DNA from: Candidatus Sumerlaeia bacterium
Lineage (GTDB): Bacteria; Sumerlaeota; Sumerlaeia; SLMS01
DNA length: 25,460 bases
Assembly: GCA_038208905.1 (NCBI GenBank)
Contig: JBBQYG010000049.1
Coordinates: forward strand, 1-25,460
Direction: 5' to 3'
Position numbers and translations under genes: made by a program. The notes beneath the pieces were generated by a model that was not told the DNA's origin, searched no databases, and worked only from the letters and a program-made list of their open reading frames with translations. Below, piece after piece: positions 8,270-15,548 of this stretch. How positions within the stretch are numbered: the stretch's first letter is position 1; each line of letters opens with the position of its first letter.

Positions 8270-9226
8270 CTACGCGGCGGGGAAGTCTTTCGCGTGCATC
8301 TTGCGCGCCCTCTCCAGTTCATCCTGCGTGTAGGGCGCCGCGTCCGACGCCGCGGCGCAGTCGCGAATCTCCGCGCCATTGCGGGCCCCGCTCAGCACCG
8401 TTGAGACGGCCGGATTATCGAGCACCCACCGCAGCGCCGCCTGGGGCATCGTGCCCACTTCGCCGCGCACAAGAAAAGACAGGCGCTCCACCTGGTCCAC
8501 GCGCTCGGCGATCTCCTCGCTGGTGTAGCGGCTGTTCAGGTTGTTGGGCGCAAAGACAGTGTCGCGGGTGATGCCGCCGGAGAGGAAGCCGTTGGCGAGC
8601 GATTCCCGCGCGATTATTCCCACGTTCAGCGCGCCCATCGACGCGATGAATTCCTCGGTCTCCCGATTCAACAGGCTATAGACCATCTGCACCACATCGA
8701 TAAGCCCTTCCCGGGCCCAGCGCAGCGCCATGCCCTTTGTCTGCTGGAACATCGAGAGGGAATGCGCGATGAAGCGTACCTTGCCTTCGCGCTTCAGGCG
8801 ATCCAGCTCCGCCCAGACGTCGTCGTGTATATCCGCCTCGCTGAAGGGAGAGTGGAAGAACAGGATATCTATGCGGTCGGTGTCCAGGCGCGCGAGGCTC
8901 GCCTCCACCGACTCACGGGCGCGGCCGGCGTGGAAATTGGGGGAGGGGTCGGTGGAGTAGCGGCCGAACTTCGTGGAGATCAGGATGCTGTCGCGGCGCG
9001 AACCAAGCGCGCGGCCAAGCACTTCCTCCGCCACGCCATTCACCGCGGGCGAGCCATAGAGCGGCGCGGTATCGAACACGTTGATGCCGGAGGCGATCGC
9101 CTCGTCCACGGCGGCATAGGCCTGCGCCTCGTCCACGTCGCCATAGACCTGGGAGGCGAAGGACCACGTGCCGAGGGAGATTTCGCTGCAGCGCAGCCCC
9201 GTCCTGCCAAGATCGCGGTATTTCAT
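8270..9226 (-). CDS. Aldo/keto reductase
   Basis: MKYRDLGRTGLRCSEISLGTW, FDTAPLYG (Asp/Tyr), ISTKFG (Lys), SLARLDTDRIDILFFH (His), QAALRWVL. ATG 9226 overlaps the upstream stop (ATGA), so the track's 9493 start is an over-extension. Confidence 0.93.
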   Translation of the reverse strand: MKYRDLGRTGLRCSEISLGTWSFASQVYGDVDEAQAYAAVDEAIASGINVFDTAPLYGSPAVNGVAEEVLGRALGSRRDSILISTKFGRYSTDPSPNFHAGRARESVEASLARLDTDRIDILFFHSPFSEADIHDDVWAELDRLKREGKVRFIAHSLSMFQQTKGMALRWAREGLIDVVQMVYSLLNRETEEFIASMGALNVGIIARESLANGFLSGGITRDTVFAPNNLNSRYTSEEIAERVDQVERLSFLVRGEVGTMPQAALRWVLDNPAVSTVLSGARNGAEIRDCAAASDAAPYTQDELERARKMHAKDFPAA

Positions 9227-9924
9227 CGGGCGCTCTCCCGGAGTAGTTCGCGCACACGCGGCTCCATGTATTCGATAAATGCATGAACCATGCGTTCGCC
9301 CTCTTCGCGCGTCGCCTCGCGCGGGTCGTCGCCCCACACGCCGTCGTCGTCGAGCGTCGCCACCCGGTCGCTTGGCAGGAGCGAAAGGTCCACGGTGTCG
9401 GGCTCGAAGTAGAGCTGGAAGCTTGTTTCCCCGCGGGCCGCGTGGTTCATCTGGAACTTGCCCTCCAGCGGAATGTTGTCCCCTCCGGACCACAGGCCAA
9501 TATCGGGATGACGTTCGCGGAATTCGGCGGCGGCCTCGGCGATCATGTCCTGCTGTCCTTGGGAATAATGCCCAGTAAGCAGGACGATGACGCAGAAGCC
9601 CTCGTCGGCAAGCTGCTCCAGAATCTCGCTTGCCAGAAGCCGCACCGTTTCGCGGCTGTGCTCGATCGTCTGCTTGAAGCCCTTGAAGGGCTTGATGCTG
9701 TCGGTGCCAACATAGAGAGGGGGAAGAACTAGACCGCCCACGACGCTCGCAAGCTCGCGCAGCAGGCCGTGCGACTTATGGCAGTCGAGCCCCGTTGGAG
9801 CGTGGTAGCTGTGCCACTCAATCGCTCCAAAGGGGACGTAGGCCACAGGCGTTTCGCGCTTGATGGATTCGATCTGAGCGGGGCGCAGTCGCTCGAACTG
9901 CCCCCATTTTTTTTCGGGATTCAT
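9223..9924 (-). CDS. Creatininase-family metal-dependent amidohydrolase
   Basis: PFGAIEWHSYHAPTGLD (E-x-H..H...D), TGH, NHAARGETS, GVWGDDPREATREEG. Confidence 0.85.
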   Translation of the reverse strand: MNPEKKWGQFERLRPAQIESIKRETPVAYVPFGAIEWHSYHAPTGLDCHKSHGLLRELASVVGGLVLPPLYVGTDSIKPFKGFKQTIEHSRETVRLLASEILEQLADEGFCVIVLLTGHYSQGQQDMIAEAAAEFRERHPDIGLWSGGDNIPLEGKFQMNHAARGETSFQLYFEPDTVDLSLLPSDRVATLDDDGVWGDDPREATREEGERMVHAFIEYMEPRVRELLRESAR

Positions 9925-10026
9925 GGTTTGACGGCCCGCCGGTTAAGTGGTTTCTGACTCGGTATTTTGCAGGATATCGCAGTCCGGGACCGAAATAGGG
10001 GACTTGGGCAGCGGAATCGGGGGCAA

Positions 10027-10055
10027 TTGAATAATACTGACGTGTTTTTTATTCT
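10027..10055 (+). promoter_or_regulatory. sigma70-type promoter of the long + strand operon
   Basis: TTGAAT (10027-10032) - 17 nt - TATTCT (10050-10055) in a strongly AT-rich island, about 100 nt upstream of the dapA-like gene. Confidence 0.65.
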
Positions 10056-10062
10056 TTTTCAG

Positions 10063-10075
10063 TTGACCGGTCCAA
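10063..10075. promoter_or_regulatory. Palindromic operator candidate at the predicted transcription start
   Basis: TTGACCGGTCCAA with a perfect core GACCGGTC, starting 8 nt after the -10 box. Confidence 0.5.
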
Positions 10076-10159
10076 TATCTTCTGCTCCAACTCGTCGTAT
10101 CAGCGCCATCCGGTGGGTGCCTTACCCGGGGCTGCTGGACACTTGAAGGAGTCTTGATC

Positions 10160-11110
10160 ATGGCAATAAACTGGACCGGCATTTTTCCCGCAACGCTCTG
10201 CCCGTTCCATCCCGATTTCAGCATCGACGAGGAGGGTCTCGTTTCCTACCTGAGCTGGCTCGCCACCCACAAGCGGCTGAGCGGCCTGGTGACGAACGGG
10301 CATACGGGAGAGATCATGTCCCTGCGGCCCCGGGAGCGGGCCGATGTGACGCGCATCGCGGTGAAGACCGTTGGAGCCCAGATGCCCGTCGTTTCCGGCG
10401 TCTCCGCCGACGGCAGCCTGGAGGCCGTCGATCACGCCCTCGAAGCCAAGTCCGTTGGCGCCGCGGGCATCCTGCTCATGCCGCCCCATCACTGGCTTCG
10501 TTTCGGCCGCTCCAGCCAGACGGCGGTCGGCTTTGTCGAGGACGTTGCCGAGGGAGCGGACATCTCCATCGTCATCCATCAGTACCCCTCGTGGACCAAG
10601 GCGGGCTATACGCTGAACGAAATGCTGGAGATGGTGAAGATCCCCCAAGTGGTCTCCATCAAGCTGGGCACCCGCGACATGGCGCGTCAGTACCACGACT
10701 ATCGCGCGCTGAAGCGGGCCGCGCCCCACGTCTCGATCCTGACCTGCCATGACGAGTTCCTGATGGCCTCCTTGATCGAGGGAGCCGACGGCGCGCTGGT
10801 TGGATTCGCCGGCTATGCGCCCAGCCTGATCCTTGAGATGTTTGACAAGGTGCAGCAGAAGGACCTGGAGGGCGCCTACGAAGTCCGGCGCAGCCTTGAG
10901 GTGCTCGCCCAGGCGATTTACCAGTTTGGCGAGCCTTCAAGCGAAGCCCACCAGCGCATGAAGGTGGCGGCATGGCTGACGGGCAAGCTCTCCTCGCCCG
11001 TTGTGCGTCCGCCGCTGCGTCCCCTTCCCGAGGCGGCGATCAGTTCGCTGCGCGCGCGCCTGGACGAAGTAGGAGAGAAAGTGAGAAAGCAGGCCGGGGC
11101 GATCGTCTGA
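10160..11110 (+). CDS. DapA/DHDPS/NAL-superfamily (class I aldolase/dehydratase) protein with an atypical active site
   Basis: GIFPATLCPF...IDEEG, NGHTGE, PVVSGV, LLMPP, Schiff-base Lys in SIKLG, GADGALVG, VRPPLRPL. ATG 10160 follows AAGGAG. Confidence 0.9.
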   Translation: MAINWTGIFPATLCPFHPDFSIDEEGLVSYLSWLATHKRLSGLVTNGHTGEIMSLRPRERADVTRIAVKTVGAQMPVVSGVSADGSLEAVDHALEAKSVGAAGILLMPPHHWLRFGRSSQTAVGFVEDVAEGADISIVIHQYPSWTKAGYTLNEMLEMVKIPQVVSIKLGTRDMARQYHDYRALKRAAPHVSILTCHDEFLMASLIEGADGALVGFAGYAPSLILEMFDKVQQKDLEGAYEVRRSLEVLAQAIYQFGEPSSEAHQRMKVAAWLTGKLSSPVVRPPLRPLPEAAISSLRARLDEVGEKVRKQAGAIV

Positions 11111-11150
11111 CCGCCACCACCCCCCACCATCCCCGAGGAGTTACCCACAA

Positions 11151-11747
11151 ATGAGTGCGAAGCGCGGATTTACACTGATTGAACTGCTGATCGTCGTGGC
11201 CATTATCGCCATCCTGGCGGCGATCGCAGTCCCGAACTTCCTGGAGGCCCAGACGCGGTCCAAGATCGCCCGCGTCAAGGCCGACCACCGGAGCCTCGCG
11301 ACGGCCATGGAGGCCTATCGCGTGGACTACAACGACTACGTGCCCGCTTGGCAGTTGCTGGGGCGCCTTGGCAAGCCAGTCGTGTTCCTGAACGACAAGT
11401 TCGTGCGCTGGCGCCTCGTGGGGCTCACGACGCCGGTCGCCTATTTCACGTCGCTCCCCGAGACGCCTTTCCTTCCGAAAGGCTACCGCCACTCAAGCGG
11501 CGTGATTCCCCTGACGTTCAACGTCGGCAGCGAGTACGAGATGGGGCACTTCGACGGTTGGTACAACAACGCGGGACCCGTTCTTGCCGGCTCCAACCCG
11601 ACGGTAACTCGCTACCACTTCCGTGACGCTGGTCCGGATTCGGAGTTTACGAACGCCAACGCAGCGAACTCCCAGACTAACATGTTCCCCTATGATGCCA
11701 CCAACGGGACGATTTCCACCGGGGACATCTGGCGTTTTGGTCCGTAA
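11151..11747 (+). CDS. Type IV prepilin/pseudopilin-like protein (N-terminal cleavage/methylation motif)
   Basis: MSAKRG|FTLIELLIVVAIIAILAAIAVPNF: class III signal with G(-1), F(+1), E(+5), then an amphipathic helix, an LTTPVAY motif and C-terminal AGPD...YDATNGTISTGDIWR. RBS GAGGAG. Confidence 0.92.
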   Translation: MSAKRGFTLIELLIVVAIIAILAAIAVPNFLEAQTRSKIARVKADHRSLATAMEAYRVDYNDYVPAWQLLGRLGKPVVFLNDKFVRWRLVGLTTPVAYFTSLPETPFLPKGYRHSSGVIPLTFNVGSEYEMGHFDGWYNNAGPVLAGSNPTVTRYHFRDAGPDSEFTNANAANSQTNMFPYDATNGTISTGDIWRFGP

Positions 11748-11888
11748 GCTAATCGAACCGCTCCAAGACCCCGAAGGTCGCCGCAATCAGGACGATCCGG
11801 GGAACCAGCCACGAATCTCCAAACTACACGCCACGCGGTCCGCGCCACAACCCGCGTAACCCCCCGCCCACCCAAGGAGATGTGATCC

Positions 11889-13832
11889 ATGCTATCCCTT
11901 ATGAACAAAAACCGACTGAAGGTGTTGGCTCTTGCGGCGTTTCTTCCCCTCTGCGCGCAGGTTGAAGGGGCTGTTATTCTTCCCGGCAGCATTGTCAACG
12001 GCACCATTGACGCGGGTCAACCGGCGGCCAATGCAACCGACGTGGACTATCTGACAGCGATGCGAATCAACTCGACCGGGGCGACAACTGATCGTGTCAG
12101 TTTTGTCGTGGACCTGCAGGGCGAACAGAACGTCCACGGTGTCGGCATCTATGGTGATCCCACCTATCGGGCTTCCATTGGAATGCTCGCCGGCAACGTG
12201 AATGTGGAGGCGGGCGACTCCGCGAGCGGCCCGTGGACCCAGATCGGATCGATCAACGTGGGCAACACCCGCCCCACCGATCCCGATCCGACCATTGGCG
12301 GCGGCAATCCATTCACAGGCGGCAACGGGCGCCTAATCCCCTGCGACGGGGCTGCCGCTTCCTTCCTCCGTATCTCGGGCACCCAGGAATTCGACAACGT
12401 CATCGATGTCTATCACCTGCAGATCAATCCCCGCCTCATCATCCACCAGTTCAAGCCCGTCTATACGGGAACCAGTCTCTCTCCGTTCGACTTCGGCGGC
12501 GGTGTCGGCAATTCCCGGGCTGCGCCAGACTTGACGGATGGACTCCTGAACACGCGCGCCTTCATCGGAAACCAGTCCGATCTCGTGTTCGACCTTGGTA
12601 CCGCGCGTCCGCTGAAGGAGATGCGCATTCACGCCTCGGAATCCGACGATTTCGCGTTGATCCGGACTGGCACCATGCGGGTGTCGAGCACCGACAATCC
12701 CACGAACATGGACACAGTGGTGAACACGTTCAACACAGGTGGCAGCAAGGCCACGGCGGTCGTGCCGATGACGGGAAATCCCAGCAAGCGCTTCGTCCAA
12801 CTGACCGTCGGCACGAACCAGCAGGGGACCGCGGCCACTGGCACCCAGGCGACATTCCGCTTTTCCGAGGTAGACTACCGCGCCATCGAGGAGTCGCCGA
12901 TCAACACGGCCTCCGTGGCTTCCTTTGCCAACGGCACATCGACGACCCAAGCCGGCGTCTTCGATCTGGACTACAATGTCCGCGCAGAGTTTGGGCAAAC
13001 AACGGGCAATCTGGAGCTGACCGTGGCCCTCGGCACCTCGACGGAGGTTCGCTCGGTCGGCCTCTATGGCGACTGGGCCTACCGGACCACGATCAACGCC
13101 CCCAGCGGCGTCGTGACCGTGGAGGCGGGCAATAGCGCCAGCGGCCCGTGGACGGCGATCGGCAGCCGCGACTTTGGCAGCACCCGCCCCACCGATCCCG
13201 ACCCCACCATCGGCGGCGAAAACGTCTTCACCGGCGGAAACGGGCGCCGCATTCCCGTGACGCCGACCACCGCCAGCCACCTGCGCATCATCGGCGGCTA
13301 TGGATACGACAGCCCGATCCTCATCTACGAGGCGATCGTGAATCCCGATCACGTTCTCCACACAGTCAACCCCGTGGACCAGAGCCAGACACTGTGGGAT
13401 ATTGGCGGCGGCCCCCTGAACACCCGCGCCGGTGCCGAGACGGTGGACGGCAACCTGAACACACGCATCAACCCCCGCCTGCTCTACACGTTCACGCTCG
13501 ACGTGGCCCCGACCGCCGCGAAGATCAAGGAAATCCGCATCTTCCCGATGGACAACGACATCGTCCAGCTTCCCAAGACTGGCGTGGTGCGCACGTCATC
13601 GACGGATAGCCCGACCAACTTCGACACGGTGGAGAACAGCTTCGACGTCCCGATCACCGGCGGCGCCGTCGTCATCCCCGTGGCGAGCCAGCCCACCAAG
13701 CGCTACGTCCAGATCCAGTTCCTCAGCGGCCAAACCGTCGCGGTTCCTCGCGTCGGCGAGATCGAGGTTGTCACGATCCCGGCCGTTATCCCGAATGCTT
13801 CCAACGTGCCCAATTGGCAGATGTTCGAGTAA
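11889..13832 (+). CDS. Secreted non-catalytic-looking protein of two ~305-aa repeats (each probably two discoidin/F5-8C/CBM32-like beta-sandwiches) plus a C-terminal Trp tail
   Basis: Sec signal (KNRLKVLALAAFLPLCAQVEG-A). Internal duplication at a 915-nt offset. Discoidin-like motifs (TDG..NTR, FDLG, KRFVQL/KRYVQI, SEVD/GEIE). RBS AAGGAG. The fold assignment is inferred. Confidence 0.8.
   Translation: MLSLMNKNRLKVLALAAFLPLCAQVEGAVILPGSIVNGTIDAGQPAANATDVDYLTAMRINSTGATTDRVSFVVDLQGEQNVHGVGIYGDPTYRASIGMLAGNVNVEAGDSASGPWTQIGSINVGNTRPTDPDPTIGGGNPFTGGNGRLIPCDGAAASFLRISGTQEFDNVIDVYHLQINPRLIIHQFKPVYTGTSLSPFDFGGGVGNSRAAPDLTDGLLNTRAFIGNQSDLVFDLGTARPLKEMRIHASESDDFALIRTGTMRVSSTDNPTNMDTVVNTFNTGGSKATAVVPMTGNPSKRFVQLTVGTNQQGTAATGTQATFRFSEVDYRAIEESPINTASVASFANGTSTTQAGVFDLDYNVRAEFGQTTGNLELTVALGTSTEVRSVGLYGDWAYRTTINAPSGVVTVEAGNSASGPWTAIGSRDFGSTRPTDPDPTIGGENVFTGGNGRRIPVTPTTASHLRIIGGYGYDSPILIYEAIVNPDHVLHTVNPVDQSQTLWDIGGGPLNTRAGAETVDGNLNTRINPRLLYTFTLDVAPTAAKIKEIRIFPMDNDIVQLPKTGVVRTSSTDSPTNFDTVENSFDVPITGGAVVIPVASQPTKRYVQIQFLSGQTVAVPRVGEIEVVTIPAVIPNASNVPNWQMFE
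12266..13201 (+). repeat. Intragenic direct repeat marking the module duplication
   Basis: Identical 21-mer CACCCGCCCCACCGATCCCGA at 12266-12286 and 13181-13201, within longer similar stretches. Confidence 0.9.
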
Positions 13833-13846
13833 TGCCTGTTGCCTGA

Positions 13847-13890
13847 AAACGGAGAGCCTCCCACCCGGGGGGGCTCTCCGTTTCGCTTTC
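13847..13890 (+). terminator. Rho-independent terminator-like hairpin inside the operon
   Basis: AAACGGAGAGCCTCCC (13847-13862)/GGGGGGCTCTCCGTTT (13868-13883): 16-bp stem with one G-U pair and an interrupted U-tract TTTCGCTTTC. Confidence 0.75.
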
Positions 13891-13922
13891 AGATGGAGGA
13901 CTTTGGAAAAGGGGAAGGATTC

Positions 13923-15548
13923 TTGGAAACCCAAGTATATCTGCTATCGTGGCTGGACTGGCTGTCGGTTGTCGTCTATCTCGGCATTCTGGCGGCGATG
14001 GGGTATTATTTCTCCCGTCGCCAGAACGGCGCGGACGAATACTTCGTTGGCAAGCGCGACATCCCCGGCTGGGCCGTGGGGATTTCGATGTTTGCCACGC
14101 TGCTATCCAGCTTCACCTTCATCGCGTTTCCCGGCTTCGCCTATGATCGAAGCTGGGAAATTCTCATGCGTGAGTTCATGGCGCCGATTTGCGTCGCGAT
14201 CGCCGCGGTGACCGTCATTCCGATCTATCGCCAGGCCATCCGCATGAGCGCCTATGAGTATCTGGAGCGCCGCTTTGGCTATGCCGCGCGTGTATATGGC
14301 AACCTCGGCTTCATGTTTGGCCACTTTTTCAAGATTTCAGTCGTGATGTTCACCATGTCGGTGGCGCTGAACAGCATCACCGGGTGGGATATCACCACGA
14401 TTATCGTGATTCTGGGCGCGGTCACGGTTGTCTATACGTCGGTGGGTGGGATCAAGGGCGTGATCTGGACCGACGTGATTCAAGGAATCCTGATGCTGGG
14501 CACGGGCCTGATGACGGTGGCCTATCTAGTCTTCATCGCGTCGCCGTCTCCCGGAACCCTCTTTGCGGAGGCAGCGCAGGACGGCAAGTTTCGCCTGATC
14601 AATCCCGAGTTTTCGATGACCAAGGAGACCGTCTATGTCTTCATGTTCTTCGGCATGTTTCAGTTCCTGACCAAGTATGGAACCGACCAGACGATGGTGC
14701 AGCGCTACCTGCTGTCGCCGTCGCGAAAGGACACCGTGCGCGCGATGTTTATCAGCGTCGCCTGCTGCATGGTGGCCTGGATCACGTTCTCGCTGATCGG
14801 CTCGCTCCTTTATGGTTTCTATCAGATCAATGCCGACCGGTTGCCCGAGGGGATGAAGGGCGATAAGGTCTTTCCGTACTTCATCGCGCGCGAGCTGCCG
14901 ATCGGCGTGACGGGTCTTGTGCTCGCGGGACTCTTCTCCGCCACCATGTCCACGCTCTCCTCCGACCTCAACAGTGTCGGGGCCGTGGTGATCGGCGACT
15001 ACTATGACCGCTTTGCCAAGAACCCGACCGACAAGGGCCGTTTTCGGCTCTCGCTTGGAATCGTTGTTGGCGCGGGCGTTGTCTCCGTCGCCGTGGCGAT
15101 CCTGCTCGCCACCTACAAGGGCAACATCATGCAGATGACGATGGATGCGGCCACGATCATTGGAACCTTGATCTCTGGCGGCATCCTGGCGGCGTTTGTG
15201 CTCGGTTTCTTCTGCCGCCGCGCCAACGCGAAGGGGCTCTACACCGCGATCATCTCGGGATTTATCGTGGGGGGCTGGTGCCTGTGGACTGGCGCCAAGG
15301 GCGACCAGTTGCCGTCCTCGCTCTCCTTCCTTGAGTACCGCCTGCACATGTGGTGGCTCTGGGGATTCAGCAACATCTTCGTATTCGTCGTCGGCTATCT
15401 TGTCAGCATCGCTTTCGGCAAGGGGGAGCTGGTCGATGAACGCCTCACGGTGTACGGCTATCGCAATCAGTCCGCGGCGGATGAGCACGCGGGGGAGCAG
15501 AGGGCGCAGGACGGAACCCACGGCGACGCCGTCGAGAGGCGATCGTGA
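13923..15548 (+). CDS. Sodium:solute symporter (SSS/SLC5 family)
   Basis: EYFVGKR.IPGWAVGISMFATLLSS.TF...PG, SAYEYLERRFG, YT.VGGIKGVIWTDVIQ, DQTMVQRYL, GLFSATMSTLSSDLNS, and many TM segments. Start is TTG 13923 or ATG 13893; the track's 13839 start reads through the hairpin. Confidence 0.93.
   Translation: METQVYLLSWLDWLSVVVYLGILAAMGYYFSRRQNGADEYFVGKRDIPGWAVGISMFATLLSSFTFIAFPGFAYDRSWEILMREFMAPICVAIAAVTVIPIYRQAIRMSAYEYLERRFGYAARVYGNLGFMFGHFFKISVVMFTMSVALNSITGWDITTIIVILGAVTVVYTSVGGIKGVIWTDVIQGILMLGTGLMTVAYLVFIASPSPGTLFAEAAQDGKFRLINPEFSMTKETVYVFMFFGMFQFLTKYGTDQTMVQRYLLSPSRKDTVRAMFISVACCMVAWITFSLIGSLLYGFYQINADRLPEGMKGDKVFPYFIARELPIGVTGLVLAGLFSATMSTLSSDLNSVGAVVIGDYYDRFAKNPTDKGRFRLSLGIVVGAGVVSVAVAILLATYKGNIMQMTMDAATIIGTLISGGILAAFVLGFFCRRANAKGLYTAIISGFIVGGWCLWTGAKGDQLPSSLSFLEYRLHMWWLWGFSNIFVFVVGYLVSIAFGKGELVDERLTVYGYRNQSAADEHAGEQRAQDGTHGDAVERRS

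Noticed and set aside
9227-9493. N-terminal extension of the aldo/keto reductase ORF
   Set aside because: Overlaps the creatininase gene. The canonical AKR start MKYRDLG is at 9226 with ATGA coupling.
9907-9914. T8 tract (A8 in the creatininase 5' end) as a phase-variation site
   Set aside because: Short, in frame (encodes EKK), and no evidence of length variation.
6328-9924. Secondary-metabolite or mycofactocin-type cluster (PtlH-like dioxygenase, MftE-like creatininase)
   Set aside because: No terpene synthase, NRPS/PKS, radical SAM enzyme or precursor peptide; the context is catabolic.
9943-10224. 93-aa minus-strand ORF across the divergent promoter region
   Set aside because: Spans the AT-rich promoter/operator and overlaps the dapA-like start; no recognisable protein features.
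11748-11888. 141-nt spacer between the prepilin and repeat-protein genes as an ncRNA or riboswitch
   Set aside because: Only a weak CCCCG/CGGGG-closed stem; no recognisable riboswitch or sRNA motif.
12266-13201. 21-nt exact repeat considered as a CRISPR repeat or mobile-element end
   Set aside because: Only two copies, in frame, 915 nt apart inside one gene. Explained by domain duplication; no cas or transposase genes.
13839-13892. Upstream ATG start for the SSS transporter
   Set aside because: Would translate through the terminator-like hairpin and has no RBS.
10160-15548. Canonical sialic acid (nan) operon: NanA, SiaT and NanS
   Set aside because: No nanE, nanK, nagA or sialidase in the window, and the DapA-like protein lacks the NanA active-site pattern. 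The substrate is left unassigned.
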